Positions 32,565-33,121 of a stretch of 33,121 nucleotides of DNA are shown piece after piece; position 1 is the first letter of the stretch, and every line of letters starts with the position of its first letter. The notes under the pieces are model-generated. The model was not told where the DNA came from. It saw only the letters and a program-made list of their open reading frames with translations, and made no database searches. The translations under genes and the position numbers were made by a program. The stretch is from Candidatus Caenarcanales bacterium (GTDB taxonomy: Bacteria > Cyanobacteriota > Vampirovibrionia > Caenarcaniphilales > Caenarcanaceae). The stretch spans positions 1 to 33,121 of the forward strand of contig JANRMG010000072.1 of NCBI GenBank assembly GCA_033761855.1, read 5' to 3'.

Positions 32565-32640
32565 GGTAGCCCCGACAACAAATATCCTGTAGGTGTTTGG
32601 CATACCGGGCTTGCCTGAACTGGTATGTGTTTGGACTACC
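32565..32640 (+). ncRNA. candidate structured RNA element (unclassified)
   Basis: GGTAGCCC (32565-32572) pairs with GGACTACC (32633-32640) at 7 of 8 positions. This encloses hairpin CATACCGG (32601-32608) / CTGGTATG (32620-32627) and duplicated GTGTTTGG. No known family recognised. Confidence 0.2.
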
Positions 32641-32665
32641 TGATTTATTTTACTCCTGTAAATTT

Positions 32666-32708
32666 GTGCCCACACTTTTTTAATAAGTTTGTGGGCATAT
32701 TTATTTTA
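32666..32708 (+). terminator. plus-strand hairpin + U-rich tail in an intergenic region with no upstream plus-strand gene
   Basis: GTGCCCACA (32666-32674), a 15-nt loop, TGTGGGCAT (32690-32698), then ATTTATTTTA. Confidence 0.4.
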
Positions 32709-32765
32709 GAAGCCAATTCAGTAAATCCCCTTTAGAGGCTCTTCGCAAACTCAATGCTTTCTCCG

Positions 32766-32778
32766 ATTCAGACTGAAT
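32766..32778. promoter_or_regulatory. perfect 6-1-6 palindrome ATTCAG-a-CTGAAT upstream of the nuclease gene
   Basis: Read directly. A further AATTCAG half-site lies at 32716-32722. Confidence 0.25.
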
Positions 32779-32888
32779 TCTTAACTTGGAAAAGACCTTT
32801 AGGCCTTTGAGTTAAACTAGAACACTAGAGTTTTCTTCTTCTATTGATGAAGAAATTGCTAAAATCTATAAAAATAAATTAAATCGTT

Positions 32889-33121
32889 ATGCTTGAATTT
32901 AAAGTAACCGGTATAGGCATAGACACTAGGACAGACAATCCCCTGGTGATATTACATAGCAAGGAGACTGAAAGTGACCTTATCCTCCCAATTTGGATTG
33001 GTCGTTTAGAAGCCCAATCAATTGCAATTGCTTTACAGGAAGAAAAACTAGAAAGGCCCCTTACCCATGATTTAATGGTTAACACCATTGACACTTTGGA
33101 TTATTCAATTGACCGGATCCT
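32889..33121 (+). CDS. bifunctional nuclease (DUF151/BFN) family protein, 5' part (runs off right edge)
   Basis: ATG at 32889; MLEFKVTGIGIDTRTDNPLVILHSKETESDLILPIWIGRLEAQSIAIALQEEKLERPLTHDLMVNTI matches the LPIWIG..EA..I and RP.THDL signatures. Missing from the ORF track because it is truncated. Confidence 0.8.
   Translation, partial: MLEFKVTGIGIDTRTDNPLVILHSKETESDLILPIWIGRLEAQSIAIALQEEKLERPLTHDLMVNTIDTLDYSIDRI

Noticed and set aside
32490-32675. 61-aa minus-strand ORF in the M23/nuclease intergenic region
   Set aside because: It overlaps the M23 start region, has no SD and an odd composition. The DNA is better explained by promoter and structured-RNA features.
32879-33094. 71-aa minus-strand ORF at the right edge
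   Set aside because: The plus strand here encodes a clear DUF151/BFN nuclease N-terminus starting at ATG 32889. The minus-strand ORF is its shadow.
1-33121. Scan for CRISPR arrays, rRNA, tmRNA/RNase P/SRP RNA signatures, transposase or integrase genes and long (>100 bp) repeats
   Set aside because: I found no regularly spaced direct repeats, no rRNA-like or conserved ncRNA core motifs, and no DDE or tyrosine-recombinase-like ORFs. The only long repeat is the 76-bp sigma 3'-end duplication.

Overview
AT-rich, densely packed bacterial chromosomal window of about 40 genes on both strands. Most are core genes: rdgB, rsgA, an LCP-family envelope protein, a group-3 (SigB/SigF-like) sigma factor, fmt, a NUDIX hydrolase, tRNA-Trp(CCA), a PhzF-family protein, trhO, a 901-aa hybrid histidine kinase, glnA, an ECF sigma with C-terminal extension plus its YCII/DGPF partner, gpsA, a CoA-binding protein, a glycogen-debranching-type glucosidase, a TrmH-family methyltransferase, an M23 peptidase and the start of a DUF151 bifunctional-nuclease gene. 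The cyanobacterial-style group-3 sigma, VKOR-type thioredoxin-like domains and a DUF2721-like protein hint at a non-photosynthetic relative of Cyanobacteria; that is inference only. I saw no rRNA, CRISPR array, transposase or integrase. Points worth a second look: (1) a 601-bp MazF/PemK toxin-antitoxin mini-island sits in the 3' end of the sigma gene, bounded by 76-bp direct repeats whose 7 differences are all synonymous in the sigma frame; (2) a hicA toxin is killed by one in-frame TAA next to an intact hicB; (3) a GC-rich nested-palindrome element lies in frame inside fmt; (4) two peptidoglycan hydrolases lack signal peptides and sit beside a frameshifted ORF; (5) a thioredoxin-fold membrane protein is translationally coupled to the hybrid kinase; (6) a protein made of tandem GntR-like winged helices has TTACGT repeats over its promoter; (7) a DUF2339/DUF3999-like membrane gene pair; (8) a candidate structured leader RNA with terminator lies upstream of the nuclease gene. 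All family assignments come from motif recognition by eye, not searches.
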